This document shows, in pieces, positions 29,457 through 39,670 of a DNA stretch of 64,000 bases. Each line of letters starts with the position of its first letter. Within the stretch, counting starts at the first letter, position 1. The stretch spans positions 66,172 through 130,171 of IMG/VR virus record IMGVR_UViG_3300046328_000506. The stretch is one strand, 5' to 3'. The notes under the pieces were generated by a model. It was not told where the DNA came from. It saw nothing but the letters and a program-made list of their open reading frames with translations, and made no database searches. The stretch is from a virus. The position numbers were made by a program, and so were the translations under genes.

Positions 29457-29720
29457 AAATAAACTTCCCGTTATCACCAGAAATCAAGTAGGGTGAATAA
29501 CGGGTTTCCAAAATATTTATGTTATGAAATTATCACACATTGAAAATACAATCTTTGGATTAGGTGTGGCTACTTGTTTATTAAGTTGCTACACTATCCC
29601 TTTGTTACTACCACAAATATTCTTTTGCTTGGCTTCATTAACTTTGAGTATTGGAATATTTGAAAACACAACACAAAAAAATTAAATCATTTTACATAAC
29701 CATTTAACTTTACAAAAATT

Positions 29721-30104
29721 ATGAGAAAATTAATTTTGCCTATTCTATTAGGTTTCGTTCTTATTGCAATCTTAGGGATTGTGGGTTCAGTATCGGCTCA
29801 GTCAGCATTTGAAGTGGCTGTCTACACTAATTATGGAGATTCTGCCATAGTTAAAACAAAAGCTACAAATGATACTAAGGGTGTATCTTTGCTGAAAGAT
29901 GGTAAGCCTGTAAACGTTGTGGCTCGTTGGAGTATTTTTATTGCTCCAAAAGTACCATTGTCTGTTGGTATGGTGAAGCAATTTAATTGTTATTTATTAG
30001 AAGATGGTAGTATTATCTCTATTCCTCGTGATGTGCGTCATGTAGAAAAAGAAAAGATAGTACAACTTGATTCAATTATGAGGGCAAGACGTGCTATAAA
30101 ATAA
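29721..30104 (+). CDS. Signal-peptide-bearing exported protein
   Basis: MRK, hydrophobic core, then VSA/QS cleavage-like site. Confidence 0.65.
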   Translation: MRKLILPILLGFVLIAILGIVGSVSAQSAFEVAVYTNYGDSAIVKTKATNDTKGVSLLKDGKPVNVVARWSIFIAPKVPLSVGMVKQFNCYLLEDGSIISIPRDVRHVEKEKIVQLDSIMRARRAIK

Positions 30105-30251
30105 AAAAAATAATCATCAATCTATTATTACAATAGGTTGGTGGTTATTTTTCTTAAAATAAAACAATATCGGTTCACAGTCCGAATAAATACAGATGAG
30201 ACGATGTAATCATTTAATGTAACTATTGTTTGATTTTAAAATAAAAATATT

Positions 30252-31939
30252 ATGCAAACTGCAATATTATTTGTACATGACGGTACAGAAGGTTCTTTGG
30301 CTTTTAAAGTCAATAATACTAAAACTTATGAAGATGCTTATCTTGAAATAAAAGATAAGTTGGAAAGTCCTGAAATAATTGCCCACATTATAGAATCACA
30401 ATCTTTACTTTGGGATTTATTTGAAGGAGATAAAACATACAAGTTCAAAAAATCATTTTGGGCAAATTACCAACTTAACATTTTATTTGTAAATGATTTT
30501 GGTGATGCAAAACATTTTAGAGCTTATCCAGACTTTATTAAAACACTCTAAAACTCTTACATTTGACTTATAGACTATTATCTTTTATTAGATGATAGTT
30601 TATATGTCTAAAATTTTAATCTATTAAAATGAACGCAGTGAAGTTTAATAATTTTTTAAAATCAATTTATGACACGCAAATTTGTTTATACTAACGACAG
30701 GATTACAACGATTTCGGTTGATGATTATCATAGTTCTGTTGCTAATGCGATTGGTGGAGGGTACGTTTCTATTGTAGATAATAACTTATATTTTTATGGT
30801 GAATCAAAACATTTTGGTTTACCTGATTTAGGAAAGTTAAAAGAATTATTGCAAGTAGAAGTTGAATATCCTTTGTATCTTAGGTCTTTGTTTAAAAGTA
30901 TCTCTAATATTTATGTAGTACGTGGAGATAATTTAGATGAAGTAATAAATGATATTGAAATATCAGAACACAAACCAACATTTACAATATGAATCAAACA
31001 ATAACATTTAATGAACATATCTTTGCAGATGATTTTGCAGAGATGTATGAAACTCTTGGTTATTTTTTAGGACAATTGAGTTTAACTTCTACAATATTAG
31101 GTTTAGATTTTAAGCCTGAATTTGTTGAAGGTTTACCTATTGCTGATAATGTAGGTAGTAAAAGGTATCTATTTGTAATTGATATTAAAATCAATGCAAA
31201 TTGGATAAACGAAGAAGGTGTAGAACCTTATATTTTCATTAGTGAGGACAGTAAACTTACAATTCAAGGCAAAATTAAATCAATCTAAATATGAACAAAT
31301 ACGATTTTTTGTTTAAAAACTTTAACTTTGACGATAATATTCTACAAAGAATTTCGTTAATGGTTGAAAAAAGAATTTCTATTGAAAAAGAATGGAGTAG
31401 AAATCCATTTCGTTTTAATAAGGAATATGATTTTTGGGAAATTGAAAAAGAGGAGTATCCAAATTTTCCTAATGGTGGTTTTGATAGTGAACAGCAGCTT
31501 AATATAGCATTAGCTATTTGGAAAGCAAATACTGATACAACCTATACAAAACTATACGATATGAGTAAATTTATCCTCAAAGGTTTAACTGTATAAGTAT
31601 GAATACAACAGGTAGTATAAAGCATGATATTAGTATTGTGCAAAGAAAACTCACACAAAAAACAGTTCCAGATAAAAAACGTAAAGTTAAATCTGGTTAT
31701 GTAAAACACAAACAAAAATACATTTAGCCATGAAGATTTATTTAATATCAACAAATGATGATTGGGGATACGATGATTATGATTCAATTGTAGTTATTGC
31801 TGAAAACAAAGAAAAAGCAATTGCGTATGCAAAAGAAGAATGTTACAATTTCTCAGATAACTTAACTGTTAGAGAGATTGGTATTGCCCACAATAATCAA
31901 GGTGAAGGTCGTGTATTAGCATCATTTAATGCTGGATAA
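30252..31939 (+). other. Small hypothetical ORFs (30252-30551, 30669-30992, 30989-31288, 31291-31596, 31730-31939)
   Basis: Co-oriented ORFs; 31730 has GYDDYDSIVVIAE, a pattern common in phage small proteins. Confidence 0.6.
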
Positions 31940-31979
31940 TGACTTTATTAACTTTTCAAACCATTTAAAATTAAAAAAA

Positions 31980-32531
31980 ATGAAACCATCAATCACACTT
32001 AAATTAGTTGTAGTAACCACTTTGTTACTCCTAATTGTCGTATCATTCACTTTTGCTCAAAGCAAATATGAAGTAAAAGCAGGTACATTCTCTAATGGAG
32101 AGTTTACTTCAATCACTGTATCAGATACAGCTAACTCAACAAAAGGTTCTTTTAAAAGAGCTTTGAGAGATGCTGTAAAAGCTGGTAAAGCAGGGTTTTC
32201 ATACAAGAACCAGTGGTATATCTCAGGTATTCTTGTGGAGAAATCAACTGTAAGGGCTACGAAATCTGAATTGTTAGACATTAAGTCTGATAGTACAGGA
32301 TTAGTGTATTACTTTAAGACTGTAAAAGGTGGTCTTATTGTAAAATATGATATGCCAGCAAATAAGGTAAGTTTCTTTATTAGTAAAAAAATATTACCTT
32401 CACACAAACCTACGGAAGCTACACTTGTACAAAATGTTTATACGACAAATCTTTCAGGTCAAAGAGTGGTTGTGAAAACTAAAAGAACAAGTGTAAGTTC
32501 TGATGAAGTGAGGTCTTTGATAAAGAATTAG
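31980..32531 (+). CDS. Signal-peptide-bearing exported protein, distant paralog of 29721
   Basis: MKPSITLKLVVVTTLLLLIVVSFTFA/QSKYEV...TANSTKG. Confidence 0.65.
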   Translation: MKPSITLKLVVVTTLLLLIVVSFTFAQSKYEVKAGTFSNGEFTSITVSDTANSTKGSFKRALRDAVKAGKAGFSYKNQWYISGILVEKSTVRATKSELLDIKSDSTGLVYYFKTVKGGLIVKYDMPANKVSFFISKKILPSHKPTEATLVQNVYTTNLSGQRVVVKTKRTSVSSDEVRSLIKN

Positions 32532-32624
32532 TTTATGTTTTTTAAGTTTATTAATTTTATTTTGAAATAACAGTACGAATATTTTGTATTGCTATTTGTT
32601 TTTCTTAATTTTGTATTTATATAA

Positions 32625-32697
32625 TGAGGTGTGGTATAACGGTTCATTACATCTGCCTTTGACGCAGATAATCTAAGTTCGATTCTTGGCACTTCAT
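32625..32697 (+). tRNA. tRNA-Gln(UUG)
   Basis: Cloverleaf: acceptor TGAGGTG/CACTTCA; anticodon arm tctgc-cTTTGac-gcaga; T-arm ctaag-ttcgatt-cttgg. Confidence 0.9.
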
Positions 32698-32699
32698 CT

Positions 32700-32798
32700 A
32701 AACTACTACAATAAGGTGACTGAAACGCCTATGGAAATTATTGGTTGTAGCGGATGGGTTCAAATCCCCCGATTTCTATTTCAGTATTGTTGTAGTTT
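32700..32798 (+). ncRNA. Non-tRNA RNA displaying a tRNA T-arm, possibly pseudoknotted
   Basis: Outer stem aaactactacaata/tattgttgtagttt; ggg-ttcaaat-ccc T-arm; loop actgaaa complementary to tttcagt. Confidence 0.55.
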
Positions 32799-32800
32799 AA

Positions 32801-32909
32801 TTAATAAAATAAAATGACAGTTCACATCGGCAAGGTGAATCCCCCGTAAAAAATGGGAGGAACGAAGTTCTGCAAGATTCGACTCCTTGTGTCGTTTTAT
32901 TTTTATTAA
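32801..32909 (+). ncRNA. Degenerate class II tRNA-like element with an extended acceptor stem
   Basis: D-like ttcac-atcggcaag-gtgaa; tccc...gta...ggga; variable arm ggaac-gaa-gttct; T-loop ttcgact; long terminal stem. Confidence 0.5.
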
Positions 32910-32932
32910 TTTTGTATTTTGTTAGTAACTAC

Positions 32933-33003
32933 GGGGTTGTAGTTTAATGGTAAAACGTCTGACTCATAACCAGTTGTCAAAGGTTCAATTCCTTTCTTCC
33001 CCA
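32933..33003 (+). tRNA. tRNA-Met/Ile2 (CAU) with stem mismatches
   Basis: tagtttaatggtaaaac D-arm; ctCATaa loop; aaagg-ttcaatt-ccttt T-arm; acceptor ggggttg/cttcccc (2 U-U mismatches). Confidence 0.75.
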
Positions 33004-33018
33004 CAAATCATTTACCAC

Positions 33019-33056
33019 AACACTATCTAATTAAATTGGGTAGTGTTTGTTTTTTT
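33019..33056 (+). terminator. Terminator after the tRNA cluster
   Basis: aacactatcta/tgggtagtgtt stem followed by a T-run. Confidence 0.65.
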
Positions 33057-33109
33057 AGAACAAGTTTTTAGCTTTAAAACCATTTTTATAACCATTAAAT
33101 ACTACTACT

Positions 33110-35448
33110 ATGAAATTTTCATGGCTAACTCCGAACAAAAACAAAAAAAACGTTGCAAGTCAATCTACGTTTAATAAGCAAAACTTACAAGTGAATACTG
33201 TTGTTGTGGTTAATTATGACCCATTTGGTGCACATTCAACTCGTGATGCTATTATTACAGGGATTATTGCTGGCGGCTACCAAGTTAGATTTACTTCTAC
33301 AAAAGGTAGTTCTTTACATGGTGATGTTGTACAAAGTTATCAAAGAGCAGATGGTACTTGGGTAAGTGCAACGCAAGCGACTGCTACAATAACTTATAAT
33401 CAAATATTAAAAGTCAGATAATGTTTGAACTATTTAATAATCTCCCTTCTGATAAAAGTATCATAGGGAGATTTAATTCAGAAGAAAGTTGTCATAGAAA
33501 AGCTGAAACTTTAAAGTTATCAGCATATTGTATTAATCTTTACATTCGTGAAGGTTGGAATGAGGTCTTATACGATACATGGTGTTTTTCAATAAAATAA
33601 TAATATGGAAGAATTTAAAAAAGGAGAGCTTGTTTTAGTAAATAATGGAGCGCATGATGGCTGGCAAGTAGCTGTATATTCAAGTTATAATCCAAAAGTT
33701 CCATGTCATAAAGTTAAACCTATTTTGTATAATGGGGAGCTTTTCTCTATTGATTTAGCTTACTTACATTGTAAATCATTTAAAAAATCTAATTTTATAA
33801 CAAAATGAAAAATTTAACTTATTTACCAATCAATGAGGTTGATAGTCCTGTTGATAAGCTAAATCAACCTACTGTGATAATGGTTGGGCACAAAGAAGAA
33901 GGTCATTTGTGGAACTTACATAAATGTTTAATTGCATTAGGTAAACTTACAAATTACATCAACAAATATTCAGACACTAAAATTAGAATTGAACATGATA
34001 ATCTGTAAAAAATGTGGAGGAGAGTGTAAGCCATCAAAAACAATGCACACTAAGACTTTGCTTAGTGAATTTGGTAGTAAAATAACTACTACAACTTTTA
34101 TTAGCTGTCAAAAATGTATTAAGTGTGGCAATTCTTTTATACCTGAAAAGTAAACTTTATGATGACTACAGAAGAATGGCTTAAAGACAAACTTTTTTTG
34201 TATAAAAGAAATCCAAAAGAAACATTGGAAGATATGCTTTCAACTACAACTGACGTGATTGAACAATACATTAAATCTCCAAATGTAGCAACAAAAGGAG
34301 TTCTTGAAGTTTGTATGGAACACAATAAATTATTTTTAGATAAAATAGCTACAAAACATGACTAACGAAGAAAAACTAAAAACATTGTTACAAGTAGCTT
34401 GTGATAATGGTTATACAGATAACATGGGTTTATTGTACGCTTTTGATTTTAAAAGAAGTCGTACATTTAATTTAGGTGTAGATACAGAAACTTGTTCAAT
34501 GTATTGGGATTCATCTGGCGGTTATGATAACGTATCTGAAAATAAATCTCTTAACGACCTTGTATCTAATTGGGAAGAAGGAGAAGTTTCATTTATTGAG
34601 GCTTTGTGTAAAGCAGGTTATACTGATGAAATGATTGATTTACCTATATTTTATGGTGGGCAGCAAAGTGTAGAACTTTGTTTATTATATTCTTGGATTA
34701 AAAAACCAACTTCACAAAGGCTGACATTTTTATTTGGCACATTAAAACACCTTTTGTAATATGGAAAAGACAATATTTATATCCGTAGATAACGACACCC
34801 CTTTAACATTTCTAAGCTTGTGTATACAAGAAGAAAGTGTGATAAGACTAAAAGCACCTGCGTATCTTTGTGTGTTAGGTTTGGTTAATCAGCATTTAAG
34901 TAATATGGCTAATGCTAAGGAAATTGTAAAAGTTGAGTATGAGAATAGTACATACTTACACGAGCCTTATGCTGGTTATGTTGTTACTTACTTAGAATCA
35001 GAAATGATTGCTACAAAAAGCGATTTACAAGAATCATTTGAGGCAGGAACACATTTAAAACATACAAAAACTGATTATCCGACTTGGTTTCCTACAGCTA
35101 TGTCGTTTGAAAGTTGGTTTAGTCAAAACTTTTAAATAAAAAAACAAAATGACAAAGTACACACTAATACTAAAAGATTTTTATGAGATGGAAGGGTGTT
35201 TAAATTACATACTTCCTGGTGAAATATTTGATACAGAAAAAGAAGCTGTTAGTCAGCATTATTACTGTAGCGATTGGTTACTTGTAAAAGGTGATTTTAT
35301 CTCTTTCCAAGAGAAAAATTATAAAGGAAACCGCATGATTACATTTTATAAACTTGAAACATTACATTGGATAAAAACTAATGATAAAAGACGTGAAAAG
35401 TTAAACACATGGGTAAATTCTTTACTTACGTTTGTTGGTATTAAGTAA
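33110..35448 (+). other. Small hypothetical ORFs (33110-33421, 33605-33808, 33805-34008, 34159-34365, 34358-34759, 34761-35135, 35149-35448)
   Basis: Closely packed, co-oriented ORFs. Confidence 0.6.
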
Positions 35449-35532
35449 TAATAAAACAATATAGAACTTAAATTTGTTTGTGAGTGTTTAATCATTTATA
35501 TTTACGAAATTTTTTTAACACTCACAAACATA

Positions 35533-36612
35533 TTGCGTAAACGCAAACAATTTATGTTTTATACTATCAGGAAGATATTGAAAATACTATTGACTGCCAC
35601 TTATTATTTCTTTTTGTTTTTATATAAGAAGATTGATAAGGAATTAGACGCTATTGCTGAATACTTAGATGGTATTAAATTAGCATTTGCATATCAGAAA
35701 AATGACCGTCAAATAATTTGGAGATTTATGTATCAACGTGAAAAAATTAAAGTTGCACTTTGGATATGTTTATTTCTACTTACATATTGGTTAGGTGCAC
35801 AAGGTTTTAATAAACTTACTGAATTTGAGCTTACACCAGAAAACAAACAAGTCATTGACTCTTTAAATTCAGTAATTCCTGTTGATAGCAAATATAGTTT
35901 AATTGAGAAAAAAGCCAACGTTGATTTTGCTGAAAAAATTTTAATTCCACATATTGTTAAGTGGGAAGGTGGTTACTCTAATCAGAAACATGATGCTGGT
36001 GGAGAAACTATGGGGGGCATTACGTTTGGAACTTATAACTCTTTGTGTGAAGCTATTTATGGTATTAAACCATCTAAGGAACATTTTATGACTTTAACTT
36101 CAAAAGATACTGAGGTATTTATTAAGAAGTTTGAAAGTTTATATCATACTGATAGAATTAATCATTTTAAGATTAAAACTGTACTTACTGAGCTATATTG
36201 GGGTGGTAATAGAGCTATGCTTAGACTTAATGATGAGATATTCAAACAATACGGGAAGAAATTTAAGTTTAATTCTAACAATCTTAATAGGTTGGAGAAT
36301 GATTTTATTGTTTGGGTAAACACTTTAAGTGTTGAAGAACAAAATAAGTTTGCTCACTTTATCTTATCATCTTTTATTGTAGTAAGGTCTAACATAGCTG
36401 CTAAAAGGAAGACTCAAAATAAATTTCTTAGTGGCTGGAATAATCGTTACCATGATTTGCGTTCTCAACTTGATAATTACGTTTTGTATGAAGTTAAAGT
36501 TGATGATGAAAAAGTAGAAAACAAGTTTACAGGATTATCATATTATGAAATCTTGGAGTTGAACAACATAAACAAAATTAAAAAAGGACAAAAGATAATA
36601 GTTAAATTGTAA
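35533..36612 (+). CDS. Membrane-anchored glycoside hydrolase family 108 (lysozyme-like) with a C-terminal LysM-like tail
   Basis: EGGYSNQKHDAGGETMGGIT catalytic motif; KFLSGWNNR; N-terminal TM segment; ILELNNINKIKKGQKII; likely start is ATG 35553. Confidence 0.85.
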   Translation: MRKRKQFMFYTIRKILKILLTATYYFFLFLYKKIDKELDAIAEYLDGIKLAFAYQKNDRQIIWRFMYQREKIKVALWICLFLLTYWLGAQGFNKLTEFELTPENKQVIDSLNSVIPVDSKYSLIEKKANVDFAEKILIPHIVKWEGGYSNQKHDAGGETMGGITFGTYNSLCEAIYGIKPSKEHFMTLTSKDTEVFIKKFESLYHTDRINHFKIKTVLTELYWGGNRAMLRLNDEIFKQYGKKFKFNSNNLNRLENDFIVWVNTLSVEEQNKFAHFILSSFIVVRSNIAAKRKTQNKFLSGWNNRYHDLRSQLDNYVLYEVKVDDEKVENKFTGLSYYEILELNNINKIKKGQKIIVKL

Positions 36613-36616
36613 CTGT

Positions 36617-37048
36617 ATGAAATATAAAATTTTAACCCTACTACTGATGATTGTTTCTTTGAGTTCTTATGCTCAGGAAGCTACAAATAAAAAGAAACTA
36701 CCAAAAAAGGTAGAAGAGTTGAACGTACCATTTAGTATTGAACGACTTTGTGAGTTTTCTAAAATGGATTATTCAAAGTACAGTGCTTTGGGTGTGAAAG
36801 ATGTATATCTCAAATATGAGTTTGAGAAGGAAGAAAATGACCCTTATTTGTTTCGTATTTACTTCTACGACTACAATCTTTTTCAGAAATACCTAACTAT
36901 ATTAGGTCTTACCGATAACAAGATTTGGGTAGAGAAAAGTATTGGGAAAAACAGATACATAATATTCCATAAGTCTTATGATGATAATGGAAGTAGATTG
37001 TATGACGATAACAATAGAATGTACTTTATACTTTCAATAACATATTAA
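36617..37048 (+). CDS. Signal-peptide-bearing exported protein
   Basis: MKYKILTLLLMIVSLSSYA/QE. Confidence 0.65.
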   Translation: MKYKILTLLLMIVSLSSYAQEATNKKKLPKKVEELNVPFSIERLCEFSKMDYSKYSALGVKDVYLKYEFEKEENDPYLFRIYFYDYNLFQKYLTILGLTDNKIWVEKSIGKNRYIIFHKSYDDNGSRLYDDNNRMYFILSITY

Positions 37049-37052
37049 TATT

Positions 37053-38327
37053 ATGAGTACTGAACAAAAGTTTAAACAGTTATTAGATATAGCTGTAAAA
37101 AATGGTTTTGATTACGATAAAGAAAACATACCTTACAATTTTAAATATTTGTTATTAAACGATTTTGAAATTGTTGATAATGGTATTGTTTTAATGGTAG
37201 AAGGGTGGTCTGAAAATCGTGAGTTTAAAAGTAGTTTCTCTTTGCATGATTTAGTTCTAAACACTAATTTCTTTGAATGTTTGTTTAGAGTTACGGCAGG
37301 TTATGTTTTTACAAACTTTAATTATGCTATATACAAAGGAAATACTAAAACGTTTGAAGTTGATAAAAGAATATATCTTAATCAAGCGTTAAAATTTCAA
37401 TGGGTTTTAGAAGTAGAAAAAGGAACAGCTTTAGAATGGTTATTTAAACAATTTGATATATGAAAAAGTACACATTACCAGAATATCACGTATATAAAGG
37501 TAGGATTACAAGTTCTTCTTTATCTACTTTTAAAACTTTGTATTTAGGTTTTGATAAAGATGTTGCTGAAAGAATTTATAATCAATACAAAACCGATAAC
37601 TTAGTTCATATTGAAACTCAACAATTTACAATAAATGCGATAGAACTATGAAACAAGAACCAAAATTTAAAATTGGCGATAAGGTCAATTTACTGCCAGA
37701 AAATGTAATTGGTACAATTGACTACATTGAGTTTTTTGATGGGTATAAAGCTAAAACTTATGCCTATTATTTTGAAGAATACAATGGGCTTAAATTTGAA
37801 AACAAAATTGAATTACTACAAATAAATTAATTAACAATAACCATTTTAAAATTATGACAACTACACAAAAAAAGAACTCACATTTTTATGAATTGTTGAG
37901 AAACAGAGTTATAACTTTACTCCAATTCAGACACATTGCCAAAGTATTATCTGGCAATGGAAAGTTCCAACGAAGTCTATTCAACGATGAACAGTTTAAG
38001 GCTTGTATTGAAGCTCTTAAAGCTCATGCAAAACAAGATAGTTTAGCTCAGGATAAGTACCTTGTATATTCATTTGGTAAAAACGAAAAATTTCCAAATT
38101 ACATTGGTATTGTACCTGAATTAGCTGGGCTTATGGAAGATGAAGAAATTCGTTTATACAATCGTAAGATTAGACGCAATGAAGATACTATTACAACAAG
38201 GGCTATTAAAAACGCATACAGATTTGGTGCTTTGCAAATAGATAGCTCTATGGTTGATTTAAGTGGCTTACCAACACTTGAAGTAAATGGTGTTATGGTA
38301 AGAGTAGCTCTTATTCCTCAAAATTAA
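37053..38327 (+). other. Hypothetical ORFs (37053-37463, 37460-37651, 37648-37830, 37854-38327)
   Basis: Co-oriented ORFs; 37053 is a paralog of 34358. Confidence 0.6.
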
Positions 38328-38338
38328 TTCTCATTTTA

Positions 38339-38390
38339 ATTGGAAAATAGCGAAAACATCTTTAACTTTGCAAAGGTTAGAGATGTTTTT
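38339..38390 (+). promoter_or_regulatory. Bacteroidota-type promoter overlapping a terminator-like hairpin
   Basis: TAACTTTG at 38363-70 lies inside aaaacatctttaac/gttagagatgtttt. Confidence 0.6.
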
Positions 38391-38427
38391 ATTTTAATAA
38401 AGTTTAACATTTAATTTAATATACAAA

Positions 38428-39153
38428 ATGGATTTACAAGCAGGAGCAATTTACAAGACAAAAGATTATAGCAAGTTTATCATAGATTCAGATTACAATA
38501 GAGTTGTAAATGATAAACACGTTAAGAAGGTAAAAGAAAGCATTAAGACATTTGGTGATTATGGTCATTGTTATCCTATTGTAGTTGATGATAAGTTTAA
38601 AATCATTGATGGGCAACATAGATTTCAAGCAAGAACAGCATTAGGATTAGTTATTTATTACATCCAAGATATTGAACTTGATTCTACTAAACTTGGAGGT
38701 ATTAATGACGCTATTGCTAAATGGAAAAGTGATGATTTTGTAAAAGTTGCAAAAGGTAGTGATATTTACAGAGAAATTCAAACATTAATTAGTGGTTTGC
38801 CAGATTATATGACAGTATCTGCTGCAATGGCTTCACTTGGTATTAATAAAAAACATCTTATTACAAATGATGATAAGAAACTTGTTGATTTACAAAGAAA
38901 ATTACCTGTAGTTAAACCAACTTTAGCGTTTCTTTGCAAAAACATTACAAATCATATTTTCTCAGCAAATATGGGAAAAGATAAATCTGGTGTTTTGGGT
39001 ACAAGAGATATGATTTATTTAGCATTGAGAATGGCTAAGTTTGGAGTTAATCTTAACTCTGATTTGATGGAACAATTTATCAATACACATTTAAACGGTT
39101 TTACTTACAACGAACTTGTTTCGTATTTATTCACACACAAACTGATTAAGTAA
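38428..39153 (+). CDS. ParB/Srx-like N-terminal domain protein
   Basis: NRVVNDKHVKKVKESI...PIVVD...IIDGQHRFQA. Confidence 0.8.
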   Translation: MDLQAGAIYKTKDYSKFIIDSDYNRVVNDKHVKKVKESIKTFGDYGHCYPIVVDDKFKIIDGQHRFQARTALGLVIYYIQDIELDSTKLGGINDAIAKWKSDDFVKVAKGSDIYREIQTLISGLPDYMTVSAAMASLGINKKHLITNDDKKLVDLQRKLPVVKPTLAFLCKNITNHIFSANMGKDKSGVLGTRDMIYLALRMAKFGVNLNSDLMEQFINTHLNGFTYNELVSYLFTHKLIK

Positions 39154-39353
39154 TGCAAGAATATTTAACAAAAGCTCAAGACGCTTTAAATGACGCTAAC
39201 TATTCCCGATGTTTTGAATGGTTGGAAAAAGCTACAATGATTGATGAACAAAAAACACAATTCAATAGATTTAAACAAGAGTTTATTTCTGGCGGACAGT
39301 GGGATTTTTACATACGTTTAGGTGAGTTTATTAGACAACTAAAAAATAACTAA
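39153..39353 (+). CDS. Small helical protein, EAD-like, paralog 1
   Basis: ANYSRCFEWL...QFNRFKQEFISG..DFYIRL. Confidence 0.6.
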   Translation: MQEYLTKAQDALNDANYSRCFEWLEKATMIDEQKTQFNRFKQEFISGGQWDFYIRLGEFIRQLKNN

Positions 39354-39354
39354 A

Positions 39355-39549
39355 ATGAAACAAGAATTAAAAACATTACTTGAACAAGATAATTACATAG
39401 AATTTTTCAAAATCTTAACTGAAAACTATGAAAAAATCAATGATAAAGGACAGTTTAATCGCCATAAAAGAGAATATGGTTTCGGTAAATACGATTTTGA
39501 TTTTAAAATGAGAGTTGGCGTTTGGCTTAACTCCGAAAAAGGATTATAA
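39355..39549 (+). CDS. Small helical protein, EAD-like, paralog 2
   Basis: DNYIEFFKIL...QFNRHKREYGFGKYDFDFKMRV. Confidence 0.6.
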   Translation: MKQELKTLLEQDNYIEFFKILTENYEKINDKGQFNRHKREYGFGKYDFDFKMRVGVWLNSEKGL

Positions 39550-39670
39550 CACAGTTTTACGTTAGTGAAACACCTTCACATTTGCCCTACAATCAATTAT
39601 CTTTTCTTGAATGATATAATAGTCGTTTAGAATTTTGATTGATTGTAGGGTATTTAAAACAAGAAATAAC

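Noticed and set aside
35475-35530. Invertible promoter (phase variation)
   Set aside because: The 28-nt spacer is very short, has no full promoter consensus, and no invertase is present in the window
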